Positions 16,629 to 26,974 of a DNA stretch of 60,839 nt are shown in pieces. How positions within the stretch are numbered: the first letter of the stretch is position 1; each line of letters starts with the position of its first letter. The DNA is taken from contig JAKIVU010000007.1 in assembly GCA_022750375.1 (NCBI GenBank), positions 1 to 60,839 of the forward strand. Reading direction: 5' to 3'. The translations under genes were made by a program, and so were the position numbers. A model generated the notes under the pieces. The model saw only the letters and a list, made by a program, of their open reading frames with translations. It did not search any database and was not told the DNA's origin. This DNA comes from Thermoplasmata archaeon (lineage in GTDB: Archaea > Thermoplasmatota > Thermoplasmata > Lutacidiplasmatales > UBA184).

Positions 16629-18795
16629 CGACCATCTCGGCGAGTTTTCGGGACCGGAGCACCTGTTCGATCCGGTCGAGGGGCGCTTGGCGAAGTGATT
16701 CGCGGTCGGCGTACCCCGCCCGGTAGAGGAGCCGGGCACGCACTCGGCCGATCCCTCGTAGCCGGACCAAGTCGAGCAGCTCCTCCTGCGCCCCGTAGCG
16801 CACGCGCAGCGAGAGGTCATCGATCGTCCGCCCCAGACGTCGCTGGAAGCGTGAAGCGAGGCGTCCCGCGCCGAACAGGAGCCAGTCCGCATCCTCGACC
16901 TTCGTTCGGAGGTCGCCCGCGCCGATCCCGAAACGTCGCGTGATCTCGAGGATCGGCACCTCGTTGATCCACGCCTCGAGGACCGAGGCCGTCTTCAGTG
17001 TCGATAGAAATCCGTCCAGGTCGAGCTCCAGCGGCGCCTCTTCGGGCTTCACAAGGAGCTCCTCGGCCTCGTCGGTGTACCTCGTCAGCAGGTCGGCCTC
17101 CTCGCCGCGTCGCAAGAACAACGGGGGAAGGTCGGGCGTCGCGGCGATCGACGCGAGGAGCGGGAATGCGGCGACCCCGAGCGGCGCGCGCTCGAGGACC
17201 TGGCGGAGAACGACGGCGCTGAGCGGGTCGAGGTACAGCTCGCTCGTCATGGAGCCGAACGGCGTCGCGCGCAGCGCCTTTCCGCGGACCAGGAAGTCGT
17301 TCTCCTCGAGAAAGCCACGTACGGTCGAGACCGTGGAACGGAGCTCCGCGAGCGGGAGCGTGTGGCCGTAGAACGTGGCGGCGAAGAACGACTCGAGGTC
17401 CTCCTCGCTGGTGACCGCACCGCTCGCGACCAGGGCGAGGACGTGCATGCGGAGGGCCGGCTCGGCGGCGAGACGGCTCACGACGGTCTCGGGCGCCGCC
17501 GAGAGGTAGCCGTCGAGCAGCCGGTCCTCATCGTCGGGGGTGCGGGCGAGGATCAGCGCCTCGCCCGAGGAATCGAACCGCGGGCGTCCGGCGCGACCGA
17601 GCATCTGATGCACCTCGGTGGCCGGGATCGGCGCCTGCATCCCGAGGCGGTCATCATACCGGGTCGTATCGCGCACGATCACGCGACGGGCGGGGAGGTT
17701 GATGCCCGCCGCAAGGGTTGGGGTCGCGACCAGTGCCTTGAGCACCCGGTCGCGGAACGCGCGCTCCACGACGCGTCGTTCGGGGTTGGTGAGCGAGGCG
17801 TTGTGGAAGGCGACCCCGTTCGGGATGAGCGACGCGAGCCGCCGGAGCCCCTCGGTCTCTTCGTCCGAGGCGCCGCCGAGCTCTTCGACCGCCGCGCGCG
17901 CCTGCGAGCGCTCCTCGGGGGAGAGGAGTCCCCGCACGGTCGGAACGAGCGATTCCGCGACCTGTTCGCTCGACTTCCGGGTATTGACGAAGACGAGGGC
18001 TTGACCGCCCTCCTGAACGACGGTCCGGACCAGCCGCGGGATCGCTTCTCCCGGCGGCGGGAGATCGCGCGTCGAAAGGTCGGTGAAGGTGATCCGTCCA
18101 TCGTGGTAGACCCCCAACTTGAGCGGGACGGGGCGGAAGTCGCTCGCGATGTGCCGGGCCTGCAACCACTCGGCGAGCTCCTCCGAGTTCCCTACCGTGG
18201 CCGACAGCGCGACGATCTGCAAGTCGGGGTACGATCGGCGTAGCCGGGTCAGGCTCACCTCGAGCGTCGGACCTCGGTCGGGGTCGCGCAGCATATGGAC
18301 CTCATCCGCTACCACGACCCCCAGTCGGTCGAGCCAGGGACTGCCGCGACGCAAGAGTCCGTCGGCCTTTTCGCTCGTTGCGACGAGGACGTCGAGCTTC
18401 TCCAACTTCTCCGCGGGGAGGTCGAAGTCTCCGATCGAAATCCCGACCTTCAACCCGAGCGATTCGAAGCGTCCGAGTTCCTCGCCCTTCTCCTGGGCGA
18501 GCGCGCGGAGTGGCACCAGGTAGAGCCCGGTACGTCCCGCCCGCGCGGCGCGCAACAGGGCGAGATACGCGACGAGCGACTTTCCGCTCGCCGTGGGGCA
18601 GGCCAAGAGGACGCTCTCCCCCGCCATGACCGGCCCGAGCGCCGCCGCCTGCGGAGGAAACAGTCGGGTGATGCCGTCGGCGACGAGGACTCGTTTCAGT
18701 TCGGGGTCGAGCGACGTGGCGTCCAGCGGAACCAATTCGTGGCTGGACGGCGGTTTCGCCGCCGGCAACGCAGGGGCACGTGAAGTAGGAGCCAC
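16498..18795 (-). CDS. hel308: Ski2-like SF2 DNA helicase Hel308/Hjm
   Basis: PTASGKS, DEVH, LSAT, AFHNA, ATPTLAAGINLPA, QMLGRAGRP, C-terminal HhH (LRGIGRVRAR). Confidence 0.93.
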   Translation of the reverse strand: MAPTSRAPALPAAKPPSSHELVPLDATSLDPELKRVLVADGITRLFPPQAAALGPVMAGESVLLACPTASGKSLVAYLALLRAARAGRTGLYLVPLRALAQEKGEELGRFESLGLKVGISIGDFDLPAEKLEKLDVLVATSEKADGLLRRGSPWLDRLGVVVADEVHMLRDPDRGPTLEVSLTRLRRSYPDLQIVALSATVGNSEELAEWLQARHIASDFRPVPLKLGVYHDGRITFTDLSTRDLPPPGEAIPRLVRTVVQEGGQALVFVNTRKSSEQVAESLVPTVRGLLSPEERSQARAAVEELGGASDEETEGLRRLASLIPNGVAFHNASLTNPERRVVERAFRDRVLKALVATPTLAAGINLPARRVIVRDTTRYDDRLGMQAPIPATEVHQMLGRAGRPRFDSSGEALILARTPDDEDRLLDGYLSAAPETVVSRLAAEPALRMHVLALVASGAVTSEEDLESFFAATFYGHTLPLAELRSTVSTVRGFLEENDFLVRGKALRATPFGSMTSELYLDPLSAVVLRQVLERAPLGVAAFPLLASIAATPDLPPLFLRRGEEADLLTRYTDEAEELLVKPEEAPLELDLDGFLSTLKTASVLEAWINEVPILEITRRFGIGAGDLRTKVEDADWLLFGAGRLASRFQRRLGRTIDDLSLRVRYGAQEELLDLVRLRGIGRVRARLLYRAGYADRESLRQAPLDRIEQVLRSRKLAEMVASQLRRPVEGEAPEPARARRAPTRSAPPVRSTPRTLDEFPGDP

Positions 18796-18816
18796 GAACG
18801 CTCCGAGGTCGGCCCG

Positions 18817-19953
18817 CTAGTAAGCGTTTGGCGGCTCCCGTGAAGGAAGCAGGCTTCGCCCGAGGATCAGCTCCTGAATCTCGGTCGTCCCCTCGACAAT
18901 TGGGAAGACCCGAGCGTCCCGAAGTAGCCGTTCTGCCGGATGGCCGACCCGGACCCCGGCGGGCCCGGCCACGTCGACCCCTGCGGAGGCGATGGAAACC
19001 GCGGCCCGCGAGGCGACGAGCTTCGCGACCGAGGCATCGCGGACGAACGGTTCTCCGAGATCCTTTCGCGCGGCGGCAGTACGGACGAGGGCTCGGGCAG
19101 AGGCGAGGTCCGAGTACGCTACCGCAAGGCGGCTACGCTTCCATTCCTCGTCGTTCGCGCTGACCGAGCGGAGCATTTCGTCGAAGGCGGCCTGCGCCAC
19201 GCCGAGCGCACAACTGGCGATGCCGACGCGACCTCCGGCGAGAGCGGAGAGGGCGAGCTTCAGGCCTCCGCCCTCCGGTCCGAGCATCGAGGTCGCGGGG
19301 AGCCGTACGTCGTCGAGCACGAGCTCGGTCGTTTCGCTGCCTCGGAGCCCCATCTTGTCGAGCCGTTGTGCCACGGAGAATCCCCCCGTGCCCGGGGGCA
19401 CGATGAACGCCGAGATCCCGTGACCCTTCAGGGTCGGATCGCGCGTGGCGAAGACGAGGACGACGCCCGCCGACATGGCGTTCGAGGTGAACATCTTGGT
19501 CCCTCGTAGGACGAACGTGTCACCGTCGCGACGGTATCCGGTGGTGAGGCTGGCGGTATCCGATCCCGCACCGGGCTCGGTGAGCGCGAACGCCCCGACC
19601 CGTTCGCCCCGCGCGAGGGGGCGGAGGAACTCCTCTTTCTGCGCCTCGGTTCCCCAGTCCAAGATCGGGCGCGCGCAGACGGAGAGATGGACGGCGAGGG
19701 TCACCGCCACAGCGGCGCTCGCGTGGGCCAGCGTCTCGAGAACAACGACCGTGCATCGCGTATCCCCTCCGGACCCGCCCCACTCCGGGGGGATGCCCAA
19801 TCCCAGGAACCGTTCGGTGGCCAGGCGCTCGAGGATCTCCGGCGGTATCCGGTCCTCTCGGTCGATCCGCTCCGCGGCGGGTCGCACGTGCTTCTCGGAG
19901 AACGCGCGGGCGCGCTCCTCCCAGAGTGCCACATCCGACGCGCGCTCGGCCAT
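18817..19953 (-). CDS. Acyl-CoA dehydrogenase
   Basis: FALTEPGAGSD, GTKMFTSN, KMGLRGSET, GRVGIA, catalytic VEGTTEIQ. Confidence 0.95.
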   Translation of the reverse strand: MAERASDVALWEERARAFSEKHVRPAAERIDREDRIPPEILERLATERFLGLGIPPEWGGSGGDTRCTVVVLETLAHASAAVAVTLAVHLSVCARPILDWGTEAQKEEFLRPLARGERVGAFALTEPGAGSDTASLTTGYRRDGDTFVLRGTKMFTSNAMSAGVVLVFATRDPTLKGHGISAFIVPPGTGGFSVAQRLDKMGLRGSETTELVLDDVRLPATSMLGPEGGGLKLALSALAGGRVGIASCALGVAQAAFDEMLRSVSANDEEWKRSRLAVAYSDLASARALVRTAAARKDLGEPFVRDASVAKLVASRAAVSIASAGVDVAGPAGVRVGHPAERLLRDARVFPIVEGTTEIQELILGRSLLPSREPPNAY

Positions 19954-19987
19954 GCCCGGGAGGGGGACCCCGCCGAACCCTTAAGGT

Positions 19988-21934
19988 ATGACGGCGGGTC
20001 CTCGCGCCCGGACGGAGGGAACGGCAGTGGCGGGCGTTCCGACACCGAAGGACCGATTCACCTCCCTCGACACGCTCGCCCTCGTCCGGGAGATCCGTGC
20101 ATTGGCACGTCCTCGGGTCGACAAGGTGTTCGACGCGGCCGGCGGGGGCTGGTCTCTCGCGTTCCGCGTGCCGGGGGAAGGTCGGCGAGAACTGCTCCTG
20201 GTTCCCGGAAAGTACGCGGCACTCCTGACGACCGGGGATTCCCCCCATTCCGAGGAACTCTCTCCGCTCGCTCGGGAGCTCCGCCGGCTGCTGGTCGGCG
20301 CCGGATTGCGGGGAGCGGCCGAGCCGGCCGGCGAGCGGTACCTCGAACTCGCGCTCGGGCGTAGTGATGACCCCGAGCCATTGCTCCTCGCTCTCGAGAT
20401 GTTCGGTACGGGGAACCTCATCGTCGCCCAGAGCGGGAAGATTGTTGCGGTGGCCCAGGCCCGCCGATGGGCCCACCGACAGGTTCGGATCGGCGCGGAC
20501 TACACGCGTCCTCCCGTACGGCTCGACCCCTGGGTAGTGGGGAGGGCGGAGCTCGAGGCGGAGTTAGCCCGTTCTCGGAACGACCTCGCCAGCACGCTCG
20601 CCGCCCGGCTCTCGTTCGGAGGCCCGGTCGCCGAGGAGCTGATCGTACGTGCGGGGCTCGACGGGGCCGAACCCGCATCGGCTCGTCCCCCGATCGTCGC
20701 GGAACGGCTGCACGCCGCGATCGCCGAACTGCTCCGCGAAGTCGGGGACCGTCCGAATGGATTCGTCTACCTTCGCGAGGGGGCGATCGTGGACGCGACC
20801 CCGTACCCGTCGCGACGGTGGACCCACGACCCGAGCGTGGAGCAGGCGACGCGACCGACGTTCTCCGACGCGGCCCACGAATACTTTCGTTCTCTCGTGA
20901 TCGTTCCCCCGTCGGCGGCCGAAGCCGAGGCCGAAAAGACTCGGAAGGGCCTCGAGCGGCTCCACGACCAGCAGTCCGCCGCCATCGTAGAGTTGACCGA
21001 ATCGATCCGCACGCTCCAAGCGACCGCGGAGACGATCTTCGCCCACTACCCCCAGGCGGAGGCCGCTCTGGAGGCGGCTCGGTCGACGGGCGGCGCGGAC
21101 GCACGGGTCACCGTGACGCTCGGCGACCGCGAGGTCGCGCTCCGAACCGACCGCACTCCTCGGGAGTCTGCCCAGGAGGTCTACGCGGAGGTGAAACGTC
21201 TCCAGTCGAAGGTGGCCGGCGCTCGCGCCGCCCTCGCCGAGACCGACGCGAAGGCCGCTCGCCCGCGGATCGCACCCGGCCGCGTTGCGCGTCGGGCGGC
21301 CGCCGAAACCGAGCGGAGTCGGAAGCCGCACTGGTTCGAGCGGTTCCGCTGGTTCATCAGCTCTGAAGGAGCCGTCGTCATCGCCGGTCGGGACGCCTCC
21401 TCCAACGACCTGATCGTTCGTCGGAACATGAAGGACGGTGACCTCTACGTCCATGCGGACCTCCACGGGGCCGCGAGTGTCATCGTCAAGCACCCGCCCC
21501 CGGGGGAGCCCGCGGTCACGGAAGCGACCTTACGAGAAGCAGGTCAGTGGGCCGTTGTTTACTCGAAGGCGTGGCGGGCCGGCCTTGCCTCGGCATCGGC
21601 GTTCTGGGTAACCCACGAACAGGTTTCCAAGGCCGCGTCGAGCGGGGAGTTCGTCGCCCGAGGGGCGTGGGCGATCCACGGGACCAAGCACATCCTGAAG
21701 GATCTCCCGACGGAACTCGGGCTCGGGACGATCGACTATCGCGGCGAGACGTTGTGGACCGCCGCGCCCCCCTCGGCGGTCGGCGCCCGAGGCACCGTAC
21801 GAGCGGTCCTGGTGCCGGGCGAGGAACGCGAACGCGATGCTCTCGAAGTGGAGCTCGCGGGGGAGCTGGGTTTGACCCGGACTCGGCTCCAGTCGCTGCT
21901 CCCCGCCGGCGGTATCTCGCGACGGCGGGCGTAG
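19988..21934 (+). CDS. rqcH: Ribosome quality control protein Rqc2/RqcH (NEMF/NFACT family)
   Basis: LEMFGTGNLI, central coiled coil, WFERFRWFISSEG, GRDASSND, HADLHGA, GEFVARGAWAIHG. Confidence 0.92.
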   Translation: MTAGPRARTEGTAVAGVPTPKDRFTSLDTLALVREIRALARPRVDKVFDAAGGGWSLAFRVPGEGRRELLLVPGKYAALLTTGDSPHSEELSPLARELRRLLVGAGLRGAAEPAGERYLELALGRSDDPEPLLLALEMFGTGNLIVAQSGKIVAVAQARRWAHRQVRIGADYTRPPVRLDPWVVGRAELEAELARSRNDLASTLAARLSFGGPVAEELIVRAGLDGAEPASARPPIVAERLHAAIAELLREVGDRPNGFVYLREGAIVDATPYPSRRWTHDPSVEQATRPTFSDAAHEYFRSLVIVPPSAAEAEAEKTRKGLERLHDQQSAAIVELTESIRTLQATAETIFAHYPQAEAALEAARSTGGADARVTVTLGDREVALRTDRTPRESAQEVYAEVKRLQSKVAGARAALAETDAKAARPRIAPGRVARRAAAETERSRKPHWFERFRWFISSEGAVVIAGRDASSNDLIVRRNMKDGDLYVHADLHGAASVIVKHPPPGEPAVTEATLREAGQWAVVYSKAWRAGLASASAFWVTHEQVSKAASSGEFVARGAWAIHGTKHILKDLPTELGLGTIDYRGETLWTAAPPSAVGARGTVRAVLVPGEERERDALEVELAGELGLTRTRLQSLLPAGGISRRRA

Positions 21935-22578
21935 ACTCGTTGCACGTCCGGGGCGATGAATCGGTCGCCGACGCGTCGCCAGGTATGGCCCCGCGCCCGG
22001 AGTCCGACGACCACCACGGCCGCACCGTCGACCTTGACCTCGTCCCCGACGGCAACGTGCGTGTCGGAGGGAACGACCCATCGGACGGCATGCGTACGCG
22101 CACGGTCGATAATGGACACTGGTACCGCGGTCTCCCCCTCCCGCGTCACCCAAACCGTCGCGGCGTCGTCGGTCATCGCGCTCGCGACCGACCCGTCGGT
22201 CCGCGTGTCGATCCGGCGGATCAACAACGAACCACTCTCGCCGGGGATCCCGGAGCCCACCTGGAGCCGACGGTGCGCCGGTAAGCGGACCCTTCGACGG
22301 GTCGAGCGCTCTCCCTGGGAAAGGATCAGCGCCACGTCCACTTCCGTGGGCGTCGCCTGCGTGAACGGGTGGGTCCAGCGGCACTCCTGGCACCGGGCGA
22401 CGCCCGACAATGAACCTCGCTTCCGCGCGGTGCGGGGATCCCATCGGAGGATTCGGTGCGGAGTGGTGCGCCCACAGTTCTCGCACGGCAGGCTCGCGGA
22501 CTGGAGCCGAGCCGCCGCGGGAACGGTCGAGGTGGTATCCTCGGCAGGAGTATCGTTCATAGGCCCCGGAGAGGCCAT
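21736..22578 (-). CDS. HVO_0476-family zinc-ribbon protein with a C-terminal run-on into rqcH
   Basis: CENC...H..L...ARCQECRWTH, VPVSI, ..RVY core. The frame stays open to 21736; start is 22578 or 22560. Confidence 0.75.
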   Translation of the reverse strand: MASPGPMNDTPAEDTTSTVPAAARLQSASLPCENCGRTTPHRILRWDPRTARKRGSLSGVARCQECRWTHPFTQATPTEVDVALILSQGERSTRRRVRLPAHRRLQVGSGIPGESGSLLIRRIDTRTDGSVASAMTDDAATVWVTREGETAVPVSIIDRARTHAVRWVVPSDTHVAVGDEVKVDGAAVVVVGLRARGHTWRRVGDRFIAPDVQRVYARRREIPPAGSSDWSRVRVKPSSPASSTSRASRSRSSPGTRTARTVPRAPTAEGGAAVHNVSPR

Positions 22579-22698
22579 TCCGAGGGTTTGAGCGTTCCGT
22601 CCTCCGCGGCGGACACGCGCACTAACGGACCCCGCGGGGTCCTGCCGCGAACATATGTATGCCCTGAGACCGCTCCCCCGAGAGAGGCGGAACCGAGC

Positions 22699-23619
22699 GT
22701 GAAGGTCGTCATTCCGGCCGCGGGCCTGGGGACACGGTTTCTCCCGGCGACGAAGAGCCAGCCGAAGGAGATGCTGCCGGTCCTCGACCGGCCGATCATC
22801 CAGTACGTTGTAGAGGAGGCGGTGGCCTCGGGCGCCGACGACATCCTGATCGTCACGGGGCGGGGCAAGCGAGCGCTCGAGGACCACTTTGACCACAGCC
22901 CGGAATTCGACTCCTCAGGAAAGTATCCCGAACTCGAGCATCTCGCCGAACTGGTTCGGCATGCGCGCATCCACTTCGTTCGGCAGCGGGAGCCGCGGGG
23001 CCTCGCCGACGCGATCGGCCTCGCCCGCCAGCACACCGGGTCAGAGCCGTTCGGAGTACTCTTGGGAGACACGATCAATGTCTGCGAGCCCCCGCTCCTT
23101 CGCCAGCTGTGGGACCGCTACGAGAAACTGCAGGCGACCGTGATGGCGGTCGAACAGGTGGCGGCGGAAAAGGTGCACGATTACGGGATCGTCGAGGGGA
23201 AGGAAGAGTCGCCCGGGGTGTTCCGCTGCGAGCGACTCCTAGAGAAACCCGACCCGTCGGAGACTCGGAGCCGTCTCGGGATCACTGGAGCCTATGTCTT
23301 TACGCCCGACATCTATTCGGCGATCGACCGGACCCGTCCCGATGCCCGGGGGGAACTCCAGATCACTGACGCGCTGCAGGTCCTCACCGCGGACGAGCCG
23401 GTCTATGCGACGACCTTCCAGGGTACTCGGTACGACATCGGCGACCGATTCCTGTGGCTTCGCGCGAACCTCGAATTCGCCTACGGGGTCCCCGAACACC
23501 GCGCCCGACTTCGCCCCATACTCGAACGTCTTCTCGAAGAGAGTTCGGATAGCGTCCGCCCCCACGGAAGCCCGCGGTCGCGGAGAACTCACCGTCAGAA
23601 GAGAGGCCATGCCGAGTAG
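22699..23619 (+). CDS. galU: UTP--glucose-1-phosphate uridylyltransferase
   Basis: KVVIPAAGLGTRFLPATKSQPKEMLP, VRQREPRGL, LLGD, EKP, YDIG. Confidence 0.95.
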   Translation: MKVVIPAAGLGTRFLPATKSQPKEMLPVLDRPIIQYVVEEAVASGADDILIVTGRGKRALEDHFDHSPEFDSSGKYPELEHLAELVRHARIHFVRQREPRGLADAIGLARQHTGSEPFGVLLGDTINVCEPPLLRQLWDRYEKLQATVMAVEQVAAEKVHDYGIVEGKEESPGVFRCERLLEKPDPSETRSRLGITGAYVFTPDIYSAIDRTRPDARGELQITDALQVLTADEPVYATTFQGTRYDIGDRFLWLRANLEFAYGVPEHRARLRPILERLLEESSDSVRPHGSPRSRRTHRQKRGHAE

Positions 23620-24376
23620 CGACGAGTCGCCGCGAGTGGCAATCGTTACGGGCGCGGGCCGCGGCCTGGGCCGCGCCGTGGCCCGCGAGCTCGCGGCGCG
23701 GGGGTGTCAGGTGGTCACGTGCTCGACCGGCGAGGCCGGGCCGGGCGTTGGGGAGGTCCTGCACCTCCGGGCGGATGTCACGGACCCTCACGCGGTCGAT
23801 CGCCTCGTGGAAGCGACCCTCGGACGTTGGGGCCGTATCGATGTGCTCGTGAACAACGCGGGTTACACTGCCGCGCCCGCCGCGATTTCTGAGACGACGG
23901 ACGAGGTCGCGCGCCGGTGCGTCGAGACGAACCTTCTCGGACCACTCTTTCTGCTTCGCCGGGTCCTCCCCGGCATGAACGCCTCCTCGAGCGGGGGGGT
24001 CGTGATCAACGTCGCCTCACGGGCGGGGATCACTCCAGTACCCGGGCTCGCTGCCTACTCGGCGAGCAAGTCGGCCCTGGTCTCCCTGACCCTCGCGGCG
24101 GCGAAGGAACGGCCGGACGGAAAGGTACTGTTCGTTTCGATCTGCCCGGGAGGGATGGACACCGACATGCGCGTGGCCGTTTACGGCGAGGACGACGCGC
24201 GTCGCCAGCTCGACCCGCTCCGCGTCGCCGACCTCGTCGCCGAGCTGGCCACCGCACGAACGGTGAACGGCCGGGTGGTCCGCTCGGGTGCGGCCGTCCT
24301 CGTGACGAAGGACGCAGAGGTCCAGGTCATCGAGTGGCCGCCGGATGAACGCGGTCACGCGACGCTGCGGCACTGA
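23609..24376 (+). CDS. SDR-family oxidoreductase
   Basis: TGAGRGLG, NNAG, YSASK. Confidence 0.92.
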   Translation: MPSSDESPRVAIVTGAGRGLGRAVARELAARGCQVVTCSTGEAGPGVGEVLHLRADVTDPHAVDRLVEATLGRWGRIDVLVNNAGYTAAPAAISETTDEVARRCVETNLLGPLFLLRRVLPGMNASSSGGVVINVASRAGITPVPGLAAYSASKSALVSLTLAAAKERPDGKVLFVSICPGGMDTDMRVAVYGEDDARRQLDPLRVADLVAELATARTVNGRVVRSGAAVLVTKDAEVQVIEWPPDERGHATLRH

Positions 24377-24420
24377 CGCCGCCAAGGGCTAAGACAAGTC
24401 GCGATTCGGGGGAGTCGACC

Positions 24421-25698
24421 ATGGGCTCCGGTGGGACGGCATCGGAAGCGTCGACGACCTGCCGGGTATGCGGAGCCGCCGCGGGGGTGCGCGCCTTCCT
24501 GTCGCTGGGTGACCAACCGCTCGGGAACGCCTTCATTCCCGCGAGCGCGATCGCCTCGGAGCGGGAGTTCCCGCTCACGATGGGTGTTTGCTCCCGCTGC
24601 CACCTGGTCCAGATCGTGGCACCGGCCCCCGTCGAGGCGATCGAGCAGGTGTACCGGAACTATTCGTACGTCCCGACGGGCGCGACGCTCGCGCAGCACT
24701 ACGGCGCGCTCGCGGGGGATATCGTCCGCATCGTCGAGCCGAAGGCGGAGGCGCAGTTCCTGGACATCGGCAGCAACGACGGGCTCCTCCTACGGTCGAT
24801 TCGGGAGCGCGTGCCGGCGGCACGGATCGGGGGGGTGGAACCCTCGCCCCGGATTGCCGAGATCGCTCGCTCCCTCGGCGTCCCAACGATCAACGGATTC
24901 TTCGACTCCGCGGCGGCCGACGAGGTGATGTCACGGTTCGGTCGCATCGACGTGGCCAGCGCCACACAGGTATTGCAGCACATCCGCGACCCGGAGGCGT
25001 TCCTGAGGTCCGTGGCAAGGATTCTCAACCCCGACGGAGTGCTGGTCCTTGAGGGCCGGGCCTACTTTCCCGACGTGGCGGAAAAGATCTCGTTCGATAC
25101 TTTCTACCACGAGCTGCTCTACTGTTTCACCCTTCACTCGCTCGAACAGCTACTCGGCTTGGCGGGGTTCACGGTGTTTCACGCGGAACGGAGCGACGTC
25201 TACGGGGGCTCGCTCCGGGTGTTCGCGCAGCTTCGGAACGGCGGAACTCGCGCCGTCCAAGCCTCCGTGGGGAACATTTTGACAGCGGAGATCGCCGCGG
25301 GAATACCGGGCTTCGAAGTGTACGCGACGTTCGCTCTTCGGGTGGCGGCGGTGCGCACGCGGTTGTCGACGACCGTGAGCGAACTCTTGTCGACGGGAGC
25401 GACGATCGCCGGCTACGGGGCCCCCTCCACGGGAACCACACTGCTCCGCTACTGCGGGCTCGGCCACGATGTGCTGCAGTACATCGTCGACGACAACCCG
25501 CTGAAACAAGGGCTCGTCACTCCCGGGACCCACGTACCGATCTCCCCGTCCTCTGCGCTCGTGGAGCGGCCCCCCGATTTCGTTCTGGTCATCGCGTGGC
25601 GGCTGAGAGAGGATATTCTGTCGCGGCTCGCCCCCCTGCGCGGCGACCGGATCAAGGGAGTCATCTTTCCGCTGCCGACTCCCGAACTCGTCCGCTGA
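24421..25698 (+). CDS. NDP-sugar C-methyltransferase-like class I SAM methyltransferase
   Basis: CRVC...LGDQPLGN...CSRC Zn site, LDIGSNDG, GVEPS, FDTFYHE, GGSLR, YGAP, YIVDDNPLKQG..TPG, AW..I. Confidence 0.9.
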   Translation: MGSGGTASEASTTCRVCGAAAGVRAFLSLGDQPLGNAFIPASAIASEREFPLTMGVCSRCHLVQIVAPAPVEAIEQVYRNYSYVPTGATLAQHYGALAGDIVRIVEPKAEAQFLDIGSNDGLLLRSIRERVPAARIGGVEPSPRIAEIARSLGVPTINGFFDSAAADEVMSRFGRIDVASATQVLQHIRDPEAFLRSVARILNPDGVLVLEGRAYFPDVAEKISFDTFYHELLYCFTLHSLEQLLGLAGFTVFHAERSDVYGGSLRVFAQLRNGGTRAVQASVGNILTAEIAAGIPGFEVYATFALRVAAVRTRLSTTVSELLSTGATIAGYGAPSTGTTLLRYCGLGHDVLQYIVDDNPLKQGLVTPGTHVPISPSSALVERPPDFVLVIAWRLREDILSRLAPLRGDRIKGVIFPLPTPELVR

Positions 25699-25763
25699 GT
25701 GGAGCCTACCCCCCTCACGTGCCGGCGGGCGGGCGTCGGGCCCGATCGGCGAGGTTCTGGAAC

Positions 25764-26738
25764 TTAGGATCGGTTCCCTGGCGCGCTCGCTTCCCGGAGG
25801 ATCTCGGGAAGTGCCGTATCGACCGTCTGACGACAGCGCAGGTCGAGCAACCGTTCGGTATCCACTCGGGACACGGCGAACTCCGGTTCGATCAGCTCCA
25901 CCCCTCCCCGAGGGTTCGGCACCACGTCCACCCGCAAGGGGACGGCGTCAGGATGCTGCAGCTGGAACGCATTTCGGACTTTATCGGCGACCTGAAGGAC
26001 GTTCAGTGCCTCGCCACTCGCAACGTTGAACGTCGTGGGTTCGGAGCGCGCGCCCGGACGAAGGAGGAATCTAGCGATGGCCTCCCAGTGCGCAACGACA
26101 TCGTCGATGTGAACGAAGTCCCTGCGTTGAGTTCCCGGGGCGTTCACCGCGAGTCGGCCCCGTGCCGCCTGCTGAGCAAAGAGCTGCAGGACGTTCCCCT
26201 TCGCGATATACCGTCCGTCCGTGCGATACCCCCCGTAGACGTTGCTCTGGCGAACGACAGCGGTCGGGAGGGGCCCACCCTGGCCGAGCGCCGTGATCAA
26301 CTCTTCGCCGGCCGCTTTCTGGCGGGCGTACTCGTGGGTTGGTCGAGCGGGCGTGGACTCTCGAACCGGGAGCTCGGCCGGTGCGCCCACGACGGCGAAA
26401 CTGCTGGCGAAAGCGATCGGGATCCGTCGCGACCCACACATCGCGACCAGCTTCGCGGTACCCCCGACATTCGTCCGGGCGCTCCCCTCGGGGTCGCGCG
26501 CGCAGGCCATCACCCCCGAGACGGCCGCCAGGTGGAGGATCGCATCGCAGTCCGCAAGCAGCGCGAGTCCTCGCGCGCTCTCGAAATCGTCCCGATCCAC
26601 GGGCCATGCGGGGTGGCCCACCTCCATCGGGCCGGTACGATTGTCGACCAATCGAAGGTCGTACTGCCGTTCCGCAAGGTACGGAATCAGGGCTCCGCCA
26701 ATGAAGCCTGTCGCGCCGGTAACGCCGACCGTGACCAT
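25764..26738 (-). CDS. NAD-dependent epimerase/dehydratase (extended SDR)
   Basis: GATGFIG, HLAA, ASS, YARQK, NVYG, RDFVHIDD, FNVASG. Confidence 0.92.
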   Translation of the reverse strand: MVTVGVTGATGFIGGALIPYLAERQYDLRLVDNRTGPMEVGHPAWPVDRDDFESARGLALLADCDAILHLAAVSGVMACARDPEGSARTNVGGTAKLVAMCGSRRIPIAFASSFAVVGAPAELPVRESTPARPTHEYARQKAAGEELITALGQGGPLPTAVVRQSNVYGGYRTDGRYIAKGNVLQLFAQQAARGRLAVNAPGTQRRDFVHIDDVVAHWEAIARFLLRPGARSEPTTFNVASGEALNVLQVADKVRNAFQLQHPDAVPLRVDVVPNPRGGVELIEPEFAVSRVDTERLLDLRCRQTVDTALPEILREASAPGNRS

Positions 26739-26974
26739 CGCTGCGCGCGCGAGACCCCGGCGGAGTTAAGGCTTGGCAGGACGGACGCGTGAGGTTCGAA
26801 AAAACGCGCTCGAGGCGGGGAGCGCCAACTCCGCGGACCGCGCATGCCCTTTTGAGCGGGGGCCAATTTCCCTTCCTCGATGGCGTCGCGTGCAAGGGCT
26901 CGCCGGCCCCGGGCTGAGCCGCGCCGCCTCCGCACCGCACGATCCATCTTCTCGACCCGGACAGGGAGGGACGG

